A stretch of DNA of 42,384 nt from Candidatus Muiribacteriota bacterium. Lineage in GTDB: Bacteria > Muiribacteriota > Muiribacteriia > Muiribacteriales > Muiribacteriaceae. The stretch covers positions 1 through 42,384 of the forward strand of contig JBNJGP010000012.1 in the NCBI GenBank assembly GCA_051747805.1. Direction: 5' to 3'. A program made the position numbers and the translations under genes. Within the stretch, counting starts at the first letter, position 1. Every line of letters starts with the position of its first letter. The notes below the pieces were generated by a model, which worked only from the letters and a program-made list of their open reading frames with translations, did no database searches and had not been told where the DNA came from. Positions 27,409 through 38,517 of the stretch are shown one piece after another.

Positions 27409-28113
27409 TCAACCACATTTTTTAATTACCCCGCTTAACTTCTCTAAAGCATGATACATAATATTTTTTTCCGTAGGAAATAAAACCTCACAACACTCTT
27501 TTACCGCCTTCAAAGAACCCGGTAAATTTACAAATAAAGTTCTTCCGCAGCATCCTGCATAAATACGACCAAACATAGCATGAGGGGTTTTATTTAAACT
27601 ATATTGAATAATTCCCTGAGATATCCCAGGCACCTCACGGGGGGCAATTTTTTTTGTAATTTCCGGAGTTATATCAGAGGGAGATAATCCAGTTCCTCCG
27701 GTAGTTAAAACAAGAGAAATATTCTGAGATAAACATTTATTGTAAATATTTTCAATTTCAGATTTATTATCCGGTACAATCTTATAAACAGAAACAATAA
27801 ATTTATTCTCTTTAACTAACTCAGAAATAAATAGGCCCGATTTATCAAGGGATTCACCAGCCGCACATGAATCACTCATTACAATAACAGCAACTTTGAA
27901 ATAAAAAAATGAATTGTTTTTGGGAACATCTTTAATATAGATATTATCAGTTATATAAAAACCTTTTTCTTTCTCGCTGTACTCATAAAATCTTCCATTA
28001 ACAGAAATAATATCATTGTTTTTAAAAACAGGAGAAGTTTCATTATCTATAACATCTTTTTTAAAAAACTCTTCTCCAGTTTTAATTTGTTTTTTCAAAT
28101 TAAATTTAAGCAT
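27409..28113 (-). CDS. mogA: MogA/MoaB family molybdopterin adenylyltransferase with N-terminal extension
   Basis: DKSG, TTGGTGLSPSDITPE, NLPGS; start moved to ATG 28113 with AAGGAG RBS. Confidence 0.8.
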   Translation of the reverse strand: MLKFNLKKQIKTGEEFFKKDVIDNETSPVFKNNDIISVNGRFYEYSEKEKGFYITDNIYIKDVPKNNSFFYFKVAVIVMSDSCAAGESLDKSGLFISELVKENKFIVSVYKIVPDNKSEIENIYNKCLSQNISLVLTTGGTGLSPSDITPEITKKIAPREVPGISQGIIQYSLNKTPHAMFGRIYAGCCGRTLFVNLPGSLKAVKECCEVLFPTEKNIMYHALEKLSGVIKKCG

Positions 28114-28123
28114 AAAAAACTCC

Positions 28124-30316
28124 TTAAACAATTTTTTTTAATTTTAAAAGCAGCGAATTACTCACCACACTAATACTACTTAATGTCATAGCCCCGGCAG
28201 CAATCATAGGATCCAGCAACCAGCCAAAAAACGGATAAAAAACACCAGCTGCAAGCGGTATTCCTAAAACATTATAAATCATAGCCCAAAACATATTCTG
28301 TTTAATTTTTCTCATAGTCAATAAACTTAAATTCACAGCCTTTAATATATCTTTCAATGAATTTTTCATAAGAACAATATCACCAGTTTCTATTGCCACA
28401 TCTGTGCCACCACCCATAGCAATACCAATATCTGCCGTCGCAAGAGCAGGAGCATCATTAATACCATCACCAACCATAGCCGTAAGCCCCTTATTTTTCA
28501 ATTTATTAATATATTCAGCCTTATCTTCAGGCATAACCTGTGCAAAATAGTTTTTAATCCCCGCTTTTTTTGCAATAGCGTCTGCAGTTTTTTTATTATC
28601 CCCAGTCATCATATATACATGAATACCTTTTTTTTCTAACTCTGAAATAACCAAAGAAGCCTCATCCTTGATTGCATCAGAAATAGCCAGAATACCCTGA
28701 ACTATATTATCAGTTTTATTGAACAGAAAAATAACAGTTTTACCATTTTCTTCAAGCTCAGTTGATTTATCATAATATTCATCAGTGTCGGCTTTTAACC
28801 TTTCCATAAGTTTAAAATTACCAAAATAATAAGATTTTCCAGCTATTTTACCACTCAAACCCTCTCCCGGCAGGGCTGTAACATCATCTGCAGAAGGGGT
28901 TTTATTATTCTTATCCATATTTAAAACAGCCTCGGCAAGCGGATGTTCACTACCTTTTTCAAGAGAAATACAAAAATTTATAAAATCCTGCTTTTCTCCA
29001 GAAGTATTAATATCAGTTACAACTGGTTTACCCTGAGTAATTGTACCAGTTTTATCAAAAACAATATATTTAAGTTTATGAGTAGTTTCAACAACCCCGC
29101 CCCCTTTAAATAAAATACCATTTTTTGCCCCCATTCCTGAGCCAACCATAATTGCGGTTGGTGTAGCCAGTCCAAGCGCACATGGACAGGCAATTACAAG
29201 AACCGAAACTGCTGTTATAATGGCAAAATTCAAATCATTACCAATAAAAAACCAGGCTGAAAAAGTAATCACAGAAATAAAAAGAACAATAGGTACAAAA
29301 TATGCTGAAATAATATCGGCAAATCTCTGAATAGGTGCTTTATTTCCCTGTGCTTCCTGCACAAGTTTAATAATTTTAGCAAGAGTGGTATCTTTACCCA
29401 CTCTTGTTGCTTTCATTGTAAAATTACCAAATTTATTAATAGTTGCACCAATAACTAAATCATCTTTGTTTTTTTCAATAGGAAGACTTTCCCCGGTAAC
29501 CATACTTTCATCAATTGAAGTATTTCCCTTTATAATAACACCATCAACCGGAATTTTTTCTCCAGGTTTAACAATTAAAACATCCCCTTCTTCGACACTA
29601 TCTACGTCCGTCATCTTTTCTGCATCTCCATCAACAACTCTTGCTTGTTGCGGCTTTAATTGGATTAAACTTTTAATCGCCTCTGAAGTTTTTCCTTTTG
29701 TTCTGGCCTCAAGAACTCTTCCAAAAAGCACAATTGTTATAAGCATTGAACTAACCTCAAAATAATTATATGGGTTATTTGTAAGAACAGCCCACATACT
29801 GAAAAAATAAGCTACTGTGGTTCCTTTCATAATCAAGGCGTCCATATTAGGGCTTCCATTTTTTATAGATTTATATGCTTTTTTATACATTGGCCAGCCA
29901 ACAAAAAATTGAATCGGGGTGGCTAATATCCACATAATAATACCCTGATTTCCAAAAAGTGGCTTATGCATGAAAAACATACCAAGGATAAATACAGGTG
30001 TTGCAAATATTAGACTGATAATAAAATAATTAATAAGCTCTTTGTATTCAACTTCCTGCTTTTTCTGATATTTTTTAAATTCACTTTCTTCGTCATCCTC
30101 ACTTAATGAAGCCTCATATCCTGTTTTATTAATATCTTCTATAGCCTTATTTATATTAAATTCATTGCCTTCATACTCCACAAAAGCTTTTGCCGTTGTT
30201 AAATTAACATTTGCACTTATTACCCCCGGCTGTTTTTCTAAAATTTTAGTAACCGCTGCCGAGCAACTTGCACACGACATTCCAGCAATATTTATCTTTA
30301 CTTTGTTTTTTGTCAT
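28124..30316 (-). CDS. copA: Copper-translocating P1B-type ATPase
   Basis: [43 protein letters not shown] and MTLSS; start ATG 30316 with GGAGG RBS. Confidence 0.95.
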   Translation of the reverse strand: MTKNKVKINIAGMSCASCSAAVTKILEKQPGVISANVNLTTAKAFVEYEGNEFNINKAIEDINKTGYEASLSEDDEESEFKKYQKKQEVEYKELINYFIISLIFATPVFILGMFFMHKPLFGNQGIIMWILATPIQFFVGWPMYKKAYKSIKNGSPNMDALIMKGTTVAYFFSMWAVLTNNPYNYFEVSSMLITIVLFGRVLEARTKGKTSEAIKSLIQLKPQQARVVDGDAEKMTDVDSVEEGDVLIVKPGEKIPVDGVIIKGNTSIDESMVTGESLPIEKNKDDLVIGATINKFGNFTMKATRVGKDTTLAKIIKLVQEAQGNKAPIQRFADIISAYFVPIVLFISVITFSAWFFIGNDLNFAIITAVSVLVIACPCALGLATPTAIMVGSGMGAKNGILFKGGGVVETTHKLKYIVFDKTGTITQGKPVVTDINTSGEKQDFINFCISLEKGSEHPLAEAVLNMDKNNKTPSADDVTALPGEGLSGKIAGKSYYFGNFKLMERLKADTDEYYDKSTELEENGKTVIFLFNKTDNIVQGILAISDAIKDEASLVISELEKKGIHVYMMTGDNKKTADAIAKKAGIKNYFAQVMPEDKAEYINKLKNKGLTAMVGDGINDAPALATADIGIAMGGGTDVAIETGDIVLMKNSLKDILKAVNLSLLTMRKIKQNMFWAMIYNVLGIPLAAGVFYPFFGWLLDPMIAAGAMTLSSISVVSNSLLLKLKKIV

Positions 30317-30435
30317 TTTTCCTCCTGCAATCAATAGGATTTATGTCAAGATTTTGCTATACACAAAGTTTTTGGTAAAATTAAAAATTAATTTTAATAA
30401 TTTTTAGAAATTATACGTACGCCTTTTAGCCTGCA

Positions 30436-33174
30436 CTAACTATTATGGATTAAATTTACCTTACCCATAATTTTTTGAAAAATATTTTTTAATTTTTCAT
30501 TAATTTCACCTTCATGAACAATATTATCAGCTTCGGTAGCATCAGCATGAAGATCTTTCATCGCAAGTGTTCCAAAAGTTCCCTTTAATTTATGAAGATA
30601 TTCGTGTGTTGATTCTACATCCTCATTTTTAATATTTTCATTAATTTTATCTACTATTTCTGGAATCGATTCTAAACCTTTTTGGACAATTTTATGGGCG
30701 GATTTTTCGGGGAAATTTGTTTCGTTCATAAAGTTATTTAATATTTCATTATAGCTGTAATTGCTTTTATGTGATTCACCGTTGGTTTGTAATCGGAAAT
30801 ATTTAATTAAAATATTTTCAATACTTTCAATTTGAAGAGGTTTTGCCAGATAATCATCCATTCCAGCATCAATACATTTTTTTAAATCTGATTTCATAGT
30901 ATATGCTGTTAAAGCAATAATTAAAGTATTTTTATTTTCACTATCCAGTTTCCTGATTTTTTTTGTTGCTGTTAAACCATCCATTTCGGGCATTTGAATA
31001 TCCATGAAAACAACATCATAAAAATTTTTGCTTACTTTTTCAAGAGCTTCTTTACCATTTTTGGCAATATCACACTTTAATCCCATTCCGTCAATCATAG
31101 TAGTAAAAAACTCACGATTTACTTCATTATCCTCTACCAGAAGAATTTTTATATCTTTTCTAAATGTTAGTTCATTATATTCAAGATTTTTTTTGGTTTC
31201 ATTTTCATATAATATATTTTCTTTATTTTGCGAAATAAGTTTCAGTATATTTTGTATTAGATTAGTTTTATTAAAAGGTTTTAAAATATATCCATCAATC
31301 AGGTCTTTATTTTCCAGACTCTGCTCCACTGATGCCAGAAGTAAAAGTGGAATATTTTCAGTTTTTTTATCTTTCTTTAGAAATCCGGCTAAATCAATTC
31401 CATTCATACCCGGCATTTTATAATCAATTAAAATAATATCATAATAATTAAAATCCTGATTATAAATTAAATCTAAAGCTTCTGTAGCTTTAGAAGCTTC
31501 AACAATAATAGTACCATATTCCTCAAGATATTTTTTTACAATCAACCTGTTTTTTTCATAATCATCTACCAGCAGAATTTTTTTACCTTTTAATTCACTG
31601 AAATCAGGCATAAAAAGTTTTATGTCTTCATTACATTTTTCAAATTCAACAATAAAAGAAACCTTTGTTCCAACATCAGGTTCACTTTCTATATTAATTG
31701 AACCATTCATAAGTTCAACAATAGTTTTGGATATAGACAAACCTAAACCTGTTCCTCCGAATCGTCGTGTAATAGAAGAATCTTCCTGCGAAAATGCTTT
31801 AAAAAGTTTATTTAAATTTTCTTTATTAATACCTTTACCGGAATCCTGCACAAAACATTCAATTACTATTTTATTATCATATTTTTCTTTTAAATTAATT
31901 TCAGTGTAGATATCCCCTTTATCAGTAAATTTGAGAGAATTGCTTATTAAATTATTAAAAATTTGTTTAAGTCGATTAGGGTCTCCAATCAAAAGCGAAG
32001 GAATATCTGGATTAATATAGAAGCTTAAATTTAAATTCTTTTCATGGGCACGCACTATATGTGTCTGCATAATAGACTCAACTTCTTTATGTAAATCAAA
32101 GCACACTTTTTCCAGAGTAAACTTTCCTGCCTCGATTTTAGATATATCAAGAATATCATTAATTACTGTTAATAAAGAATCTGTTGAGTTTTCAATATTT
32201 TCAATATATTTTTTTTGAATATTACCTATTTCAGTTTTTTTCAAAAGCTGTAGAAAACCAACAATACCATTTAGTGGCGTTCTAATCTCATGACTCATAT
32301 TAGCAAGAAACATACTTTTAGCCTTATTTGCTTTTTCAGCCTCTACTTTTGCTTTACGAAGGTTTTTTTCGGCATTTTTCCGCTGGGTGATATCCACAGA
32401 AGAACCCACAATATAAGAAACTTTTTTATTTTCAAAAACTGGGGTAAGTGTAGTTAACCATATTCTTTTTCCGCCAATTAAATCAAGCTCTTCCTCATAA
32501 GTAAATGGTTTATTATTTTCAATACATTTTTTATAATTATTCTCAATAATCTTGCCAAGAGTTTCACCGAGAAGTTCTTTTGGTGTTTTCCCCTGAATAT
32601 CTGGAAGTAAAATTCCTGTTTTTTCCTGATGGATTTTATTTGTTTTAATAAATTTAAAAGTGTCATTTTTTAGAACCTTTACTAAAAACATGGCATCCTG
32701 CGTACCATTAAAAACAGTATTGTACTCATCTCTGGATTTCTGAAGATAAAACTGATATTTTTTCAGCTCTGTAATATCAGTATGCGCCCCAAGCAGTCTT
32801 TTAGGCTTACCATTTTTATCCCTTATTGCAATTCCCCGGCATCTAACCCACACAGTTGAACCGTTTTTGTGATAGTATCTAACTATTTGGTCAAATGGAA
32901 TTTCAGGATTTTCTAAATGTTGTTCTAAATTTTTATTTACTAATTCTAAATCCTCTTTAAATATAATATCCTGCCATTCTGAGGAAAGATTTTTTTTCAG
33001 TTTTGGGTCATACCCAAAAGTCTGCCAGAATTTATCACTCATCCATTCATTTTCGGGATTTTGCAGGTCCCAATACCATATACCGTCCATAACTCCTGAT
33101 TGTAAAAAATGAAGTATTTTATCATCATTTTTAATTAAAGAATTAAATTCTCTTTCCAAATATTCATTAAGCAT
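30436..33174 (-). CDS. PAS hybrid histidine kinase with two REC domains and a C-terminal HPt domain
   Basis: 2 PAS, NMSHEIRTPLNG, GGTGLGL, REC x2, LHKLKG HPt motif. Confidence 0.95.
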   Translation of the reverse strand: MLNEYLEREFNSLIKNDDKILHFLQSGVMDGIWYWDLQNPENEWMSDKFWQTFGYDPKLKKNLSSEWQDIIFKEDLELVNKNLEQHLENPEIPFDQIVRYYHKNGSTVWVRCRGIAIRDKNGKPKRLLGAHTDITELKKYQFYLQKSRDEYNTVFNGTQDAMFLVKVLKNDTFKFIKTNKIHQEKTGILLPDIQGKTPKELLGETLGKIIENNYKKCIENNKPFTYEEELDLIGGKRIWLTTLTPVFENKKVSYIVGSSVDITQRKNAEKNLRKAKVEAEKANKAKSMFLANMSHEIRTPLNGIVGFLQLLKKTEIGNIQKKYIENIENSTDSLLTVINDILDISKIEAGKFTLEKVCFDLHKEVESIMQTHIVRAHEKNLNLSFYINPDIPSLLIGDPNRLKQIFNNLISNSLKFTDKGDIYTEINLKEKYDNKIVIECFVQDSGKGINKENLNKLFKAFSQEDSSITRRFGGTGLGLSISKTIVELMNGSINIESEPDVGTKVSFIVEFEKCNEDIKLFMPDFSELKGKKILLVDDYEKNRLIVKKYLEEYGTIIVEASKATEALDLIYNQDFNYYDIILIDYKMPGMNGIDLAGFLKKDKKTENIPLLLLASVEQSLENKDLIDGYILKPFNKTNLIQNILKLISQNKENILYENETKKNLEYNELTFRKDIKILLVEDNEVNREFFTTMIDGMGLKCDIAKNGKEALEKVSKNFYDVVFMDIQMPEMDGLTATKKIRKLDSENKNTLIIALTAYTMKSDLKKCIDAGMDDYLAKPLQIESIENILIKYFRLQTNGESHKSNYSYNEILNNFMNETNFPEKSAHKIVQKGLESIPEIVDKINENIKNEDVESTHEYLHKLKGTFGTLAMKDLHADATEADNIVHEGEINEKLKNIFQKIMGKVNLIHNS

Positions 33175-33268
33175 ACTGCGATTTCACCCTTACATAATTT
33201 ATTTAATTTCTAAAATATTATTTTACATTATATACGATTAAATCATAAAAAACAACCATTAAATATAA

Positions 33269-33302
33269 CGAGGATTTTCTCTTTTTTAATTAAAAATTGC
33301 TG
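33269..33302. repeat. Degenerate solo end of shell-B element
   Basis: 29/34 match to the reverse complement of 22465-22498. Confidence 0.65.
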
Positions 33303-33364
33303 TTTAGAATGAAAAACACTTTTTTTTAAAAAAAATTTTTGTTATAATGTTTATAAACTTAAAT

Positions 33365-33511
33365 CTTGAGTTTAGCAAATTTTCTTAAAAGGCTTTTGTG
33401 GTCAGGCCTACACAAATTCTTATCAGAATTTGATGTCGGCACAGCCCCCCCGTGAAATCAAGCTTTTTAAGTGTCTACAGGTTAAAATTTCTATTTTTTG
33501 CTAAACTCAAA
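33365..33511. mobile_element. 147-bp MITE-like element (shell A)
   Basis: TIR CTTGAGTTTAGCAAA / TTTGCTAAACTCAAA (14/15); TTAAAT direct repeat at 33359-33364 and 33512-33517. Confidence 0.82.
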
Positions 33512-33531
33512 TTAAATAATGGTGGCAGAAT

Positions 33532-34140
33532 ATGAAAAAAGAAACTCAAGCACTAATACGCTCAGTAAAAAAATTTGAAGAAAAACTTAATAAGGAAACC
33601 GAAAAAGTTACACAACTAGTTGAGGTAGTAGATAAAGCACTTGAAAGCTTTAAAGATGCTGGAAAAGCACATAAAAATCTGAAAAAAAAGTTAAAGGAAC
33701 TCGAAAGAAAAACAGATAAACTGGTTCAATATAAAGGCTTTGATATAACAAAAAACTATGAAGAACACAATCAGTACAAAGCAATGAAATTTATAGACAA
33801 AATGAAAACCACCGTTAATATAATCAAAGGAATTAATAAAAAATCTGAAGATATAGACTTAAGATTAGCCAAAAAAGAATATATTGAATCACTCAAAAAA
33901 AAGTATGAAAATAATTTTATTATTGACAATAGTGATATAATAGTGAGAAATGAGGCCGGCGAATCCTTAGTAATTACACTTGGTAAAGCCTCAGAAACAG
34001 AATACTATATATCAGGAATAACATATAATGCAAAACCAGGCGCAAGAATACAATTTTCTACAATATATAAATTTCTGGATTATTTTTCGGGTATAAATAA
34101 TAATTCCACCGTTATGAAAACTTTTCTTAATAGAAAATAA
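33532..34140 (+). CDS. Hypothetical protein with N-terminal coiled coil
   Basis: 202-aa ORF, K/E-rich heptads, GGTGG RBS-like sequence. Confidence 0.7.
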   Translation: MKKETQALIRSVKKFEEKLNKETEKVTQLVEVVDKALESFKDAGKAHKNLKKKLKELERKTDKLVQYKGFDITKNYEEHNQYKAMKFIDKMKTTVNIIKGINKKSEDIDLRLAKKEYIESLKKKYENNFIIDNSDIIVRNEAGESLVITLGKASETEYYISGITYNAKPGARIQFSTIYKFLDYFSGINNNSTVMKTFLNRK

Positions 34141-34178
34141 TTTTTCCTCTTTCCACGGGTGGAATTTTGGAGGTATAA

Positions 34179-35381
34179 TTGATTTCAATAAAAAAAGTAC
34201 ATCAAATCATAAATAGTAATTTAACAGTTATGGATGAAACCATCAAAAATATTAACAGAGCATGTGGATACGTTCTTTCAGAAAACATATATTCAAAATT
34301 AGCCCATCCTCAGGCAGATAATTCATCAATGGATGGTTATACATTTAAATATTCAGACTATTCAATAAAAGAAGGAATTAAACTTTCAAAGAAAAAAATT
34401 CAGGCAGGTTCCCCTTTAAAAAAGTTAAAAAAAGGATACGCTTCCAAAATATTCACCGGAGCGTTAATACCAGAAGGGGCGGATACTGTTGTTGAAAAAG
34501 AAATTACACAAATAAAAAATAATACTCTCTTTGTTAAAGAAAATATAAAAAAAGGAAGAAATTTAAGATATAAAGGTGAAGATATTCCTTCAGATACCTT
34601 GCTTTTAAAAAAAGGAACTTTAATTTCTGCATTTAATTTACCTTTAATTATTTCCTCAGGCAACACTAATGTTAAAGTTTTTAAAAAACCTGTAGTAACA
34701 TTAATCAGTACTGGTAATGAATTAGTCAAAGCTGGAAGCAGAAAAAAAATCCAACCTCATCAAATATATGATTCAAACACTGTGATGTTAACTACAATGT
34801 TAAAACAAACGGGAGTAGAAAAAATTTACAATAAAAAAATTTTTGACAATTTTGATAAAACTAAAAAAACTCTGAAAGAATCTATAGAAAAAAGTGATAT
34901 AGTTATTACTATTGGTGGAATATCTATGGGAGATTATGATTTTGTTGGAGACGCACTTAATAAACTCAAATGCTCAGAACATTTCAGAAAAGTTAATGTA
35001 AGACCCGGCAAACCATTTTCATACTTTAAGTTTAAATCTAAATCGATTTTCTGTCTGCCCGGAAATCCAGTTTCCTCCAATGTTTCATTTAATGAATTTG
35101 TTTCCCCCGCAATAAAAAAAATATATGGTTTAAACTACAATCATGTTTTTCAAAAAGCAATATACAAAGGAAGTGATTATTTAAGAAAAGGAATTAGAGA
35201 TGAACTACTCAGAGGAGTATATACTATAAAAAACGGAACATATCAGGTAGAGTTAGCGGGAAGTATTCAAAACTCAAATATATTATCTGAACTTGCAGAA
35301 TCTAATTGTTTTATATATTTCTGCGGCGAAAAGAAAAAACTAAAAAAACATGACGAAGTTTTAATTAGAGCATTTAGGTAA
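34179..35381 (+). CDS. moeA: Molybdopterin molybdenumtransferase
   Basis: SSMDGY, IFTGA.IP.GAD, STGNEL, IYDSN, GGISMGDYD, RPGKP, LPGNP. Confidence 0.95.
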   Translation: MISIKKVHQIINSNLTVMDETIKNINRACGYVLSENIYSKLAHPQADNSSMDGYTFKYSDYSIKEGIKLSKKKIQAGSPLKKLKKGYASKIFTGALIPEGADTVVEKEITQIKNNTLFVKENIKKGRNLRYKGEDIPSDTLLLKKGTLISAFNLPLIISSGNTNVKVFKKPVVTLISTGNELVKAGSRKKIQPHQIYDSNTVMLTTMLKQTGVEKIYNKKIFDNFDKTKKTLKESIEKSDIVITIGGISMGDYDFVGDALNKLKCSEHFRKVNVRPGKPFSYFKFKSKSIFCLPGNPVSSNVSFNEFVSPAIKKIYGLNYNHVFQKAIYKGSDYLRKGIRDELLRGVYTIKNGTYQVELAGSIQNSNILSELAESNCFIYFCGEKKKLKKHDEVLIRAFR

Positions 35382-35405
35382 CCTCAGATTATAGTGAGCA
35401 GAATA

Positions 35406-35442
35406 TGAAAATCCCAAACAATTAGCAGATTTAGGATTTTCA
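35406..35442. terminator. Inverted repeat between convergent genes
   Basis: TGAAAATCCCAAA...TTTAGGATTTTCA (12/13). Confidence 0.5.
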
Positions 35443-35456
35443 ATGCAATTCTCTGA

Positions 35457-38321
35457 TTACGATGGAATATTTTTCCTGATAATGTCGGCAAGTTCTTCTT
35501 GTTTAAAAGGTTTAGCCAGAAAATCATCCATCCCGGCATTTAAACAATTTTGCTTTTCTTCCATAATTGCACCAGCCGATAAAGCTATAATTTTTGTATG
35601 CGACTGTCCCTTTTCAAGTTTTCTGATACTTTTAGTAGCTGAAATACCATCCATAACAGGCATTTGAACATCCATTAAAATAAAATCAAACTTATCTTTT
35701 TTGAAGTATTCAAAAGCTTTTTTTCCATTTTCAACGGTAAATACAATAGAATCAGGGATAATTTCTTTAATCATTATTTTGAGAAGTTCAAGATTTACCA
35801 CCACATCATCTGCAATTAATATTTTGTATTTTTTATTATGTAGATTTTGGGCTTTATTATTTTCCACTAACTCTTTAAATTCAGATTCAAATTTATATTC
35901 AGTATCAATTTCAAAATAAAACTTGGATCCAACATTAATTTCACTTAAAACATTAATTTTTCCACCCATTTTTTTAACAAGAAAATTAGAAATAATAAGA
36001 CCAAGCCCAGTTCCGCCATATTTTCGAGTAGTTGAAACATCGGCCTGTGAAAAAGCTTTAAATAACTTTTCCTGTTCTTTATCAGAAATTCCAATTCCAG
36101 TATCTTTAATTTCAAAATAAAAAGTTCCCATATTCGATTTTAAAAGAGTAAAATCTAAATTTATGGAAACTTCACCTTCTTTCGTAAATTTAATTGCATT
36201 ATTTAATAAATTAATAATAACCTGTTTTAACCTGACCGGATCAACCAGAGCATAGGTCGGAACATTTCTGGAAAAATTAAATTTAAGTTTAATACTTTTC
36301 TTTCTAGCCTGAAAATATAATATATCAACACATTGTTTAATCAACTGTTTAATATCTGTTACAATATTTTCAAGCTCGATTTTTCCAGCCTCAATTTTTG
36401 AAAAATCAAGCACATTATTAATAAGCTCCATAAGAATATGTCCGCTATTATTAATTGTTTTAATATACTCTTTCTGTTTTAAAGATACTTCTGTTTCGGC
36501 TAATAAATCGGCAAATCCAACCACAGCATTCAGCGGAGTCCTTATTTCATGACTCATATTTGCAAGAAATTTAGACTTTTCAAAATTAGCTGTTTCAGCC
36601 TGCTCCTTGGCCTTTATCAGTTCTTTTTCAGTATCAATTTTTTTGAAAGCATCAGAAATAATATTAGCCAGCACTTTTAAATAACCAATCTCTGTTTTGT
36701 TAAACTTTCTCTTTTTTCTAACAGAATCAAACCCAAAAAAACCAATAATTTGTTCATCATTAAAAAGCAAAACAGTTAAAAGAGATTTAATATTATTTTT
36801 TAAAAACACTTTTTTTTCAGCAATAGCTAAATCACCTAACTTATTTACATCTTCAATATTAATAGTTTTTTTATTAAAAATTTGATTTTTCCACCATTTA
36901 AATTTTTTTACAGAAAAATTCTGAAAATTTTCTTTCTGTGAAACAACGCCTCCCATACAGTATTCATGGGTATTAAATATATAATTAAAATTATTTTTAA
37001 AAAGCATAATATAACTTCTGTCAACATCAAAAACCATCGCAGATTTTTTTAATAGCTCATTTATTTTTTTATCAAAATTTTTAATGTTAATATTTATAAA
37101 AGCAGTCGAAATATCAGTTATAATTTTTTGAATTTGAAGTTCTTTTTGGGATTTTTCCTGAGCTTTTATTTTATTGGTAATATCAATCTGAACACCAAAA
37201 TGTCCAATCACTTTTCCGGCATCATCATAAATACATGAATAATCACCCTCTATCCATATATTAGAACCGTCAATCTTTTTTTCCCGGGTAACTCCCTGCC
37301 ATCTTCCTTTTTCATGAATATCCCAAATAATCTTTCTACCAAGTTCAATATCAAACCTGAAGAAATCTTTGACTTTATAACCAGTAATAGAATCAGTTTT
37401 GTAACCATATTGCCTGAGCATCGCCTTATTAACCTTATTTACAGTTAAATTATTCATCAAATCATCTAATTTTTTCTCTTTATCAACTTCATCATTCCAG
37501 TAAAATGGTTTCTGGGCAAGCGTTAAAAAAAAACCATACATAGATTGATTAAACAAATGTTCAAGCATTTTATTTTTTTCAAGCAACCCAATTTCAAACT
37601 CTTTCTGTTTGTTAATATCTTTATCGGCCCCTCTAAAACCAATTATTTTGCCCATTTCAGTTTTAATAGGAACATAACTGGTAAAAACCCATTTAATCTT
37701 ATTGTCTTTGGTTTTTAGACGTTTTTCAAAGTTATTATATTCAGAATAATTCTTAATTAAATCCATAATAGATTTTTTTTCTTCTTGCGGAGAAAGTTCA
37801 GAAATATAAGATTTATTAATTAAATCCTCTGGAAAATAACCAAGTACATCTTTAACAACTGGACTGACATAAGTAAACAAACCTTCCTTGTTTATTTCCC
37901 ATAAAAAAGTATTGCTCACTTCGGCAGTTTGCGTATATCGTTTAAGATTCTGATTCAGAACTTTTTCAGAAATCACTCTTTGGGTTATATTATGACCTGC
38001 AGAATATATTAAATCACCATCCCTTACAGCACGGGACTCAAGATAAACAAAAGTTCCATCCTTACGCCTATGTCTTGCGATAAAATTTAAAACAGGCTGA
38101 TTATTTTTTAGTTTTTGAAGTTCAATAATACCATTATTCTTATCATCTGGATGAATTAAATCCAATAAATTTTTTTTTATTAACTCTTTTTTCTGAAAAT
38201 ACAAAGTATTTTCCCATTCATTATTTACTTCAAGAATATTCCCTTCTAAATCAGAAATACATAGGAGGTCTAAATTAATATTAAAAAATTTTTCAAATTC
38301 AAATTTAATTTTCCGATTCAT
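35457..38321 (-). CDS. PAS/GAF hybrid histidine kinase with receiver domain
   Basis: 3 PAS, GAF (NTHEYC..G, GFFGFDSV), NMSHEIRTPLNA, GGTGLGL, REC. Confidence 0.95.
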   Translation of the reverse strand: MNRKIKFEFEKFFNINLDLLCISDLEGNILEVNNEWENTLYFQKKELIKKNLLDLIHPDDKNNGIIELQKLKNNQPVLNFIARHRRKDGTFVYLESRAVRDGDLIYSAGHNITQRVISEKVLNQNLKRYTQTAEVSNTFLWEINKEGLFTYVSPVVKDVLGYFPEDLINKSYISELSPQEEKKSIMDLIKNYSEYNNFEKRLKTKDNKIKWVFTSYVPIKTEMGKIIGFRGADKDINKQKEFEIGLLEKNKMLEHLFNQSMYGFFLTLAQKPFYWNDEVDKEKKLDDLMNNLTVNKVNKAMLRQYGYKTDSITGYKVKDFFRFDIELGRKIIWDIHEKGRWQGVTREKKIDGSNIWIEGDYSCIYDDAGKVIGHFGVQIDITNKIKAQEKSQKELQIQKIITDISTAFININIKNFDKKINELLKKSAMVFDVDRSYIMLFKNNFNYIFNTHEYCMGGVVSQKENFQNFSVKKFKWWKNQIFNKKTINIEDVNKLGDLAIAEKKVFLKNNIKSLLTVLLFNDEQIIGFFGFDSVRKKRKFNKTEIGYLKVLANIISDAFKKIDTEKELIKAKEQAETANFEKSKFLANMSHEIRTPLNAVVGFADLLAETEVSLKQKEYIKTINNSGHILMELINNVLDFSKIEAGKIELENIVTDIKQLIKQCVDILYFQARKKSIKLKFNFSRNVPTYALVDPVRLKQVIINLLNNAIKFTKEGEVSINLDFTLLKSNMGTFYFEIKDTGIGISDKEQEKLFKAFSQADVSTTRKYGGTGLGLIISNFLVKKMGGKINVLSEINVGSKFYFEIDTEYKFESEFKELVENNKAQNLHNKKYKILIADDVVVNLELLKIMIKEIIPDSIVFTVENGKKAFEYFKKDKFDFILMDVQMPVMDGISATKSIRKLEKGQSHTKIIALSAGAIMEEKQNCLNAGMDDFLAKPFKQEELADIIRKNIPS

Positions 38322-38450
38322 ATATAGTTAAAAAATATATCATAAAATAAATTAAAATTCCATACTATTAAAAAATTCATATATAAAACTCATCAAAACC
38401 ATTACAGATAAAGTTTTTTGATGTATTTAGAATTGCTGTTATTATTTCAT

Positions 38451-38479
38451 TTGACTTTAATATTCAATTATAATAATAT
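38451..38479 (+). promoter_or_regulatory. Sigma70-type promoter
   Basis: TTGACT-17 nt-TAATAT upstream of the DtxR-family gene. Confidence 0.5.
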
Positions 38480-38517
38480 AAAGGGAGTTTAAATCAGAAA
38501 TTTTATTAAAGGAAATT

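Noticed and set aside
38410..38438. Possible further shell-B end (AGAATTGCTG)
   Set aside because: Only 10 nt match exactly and the extension needs gaps; could be chance
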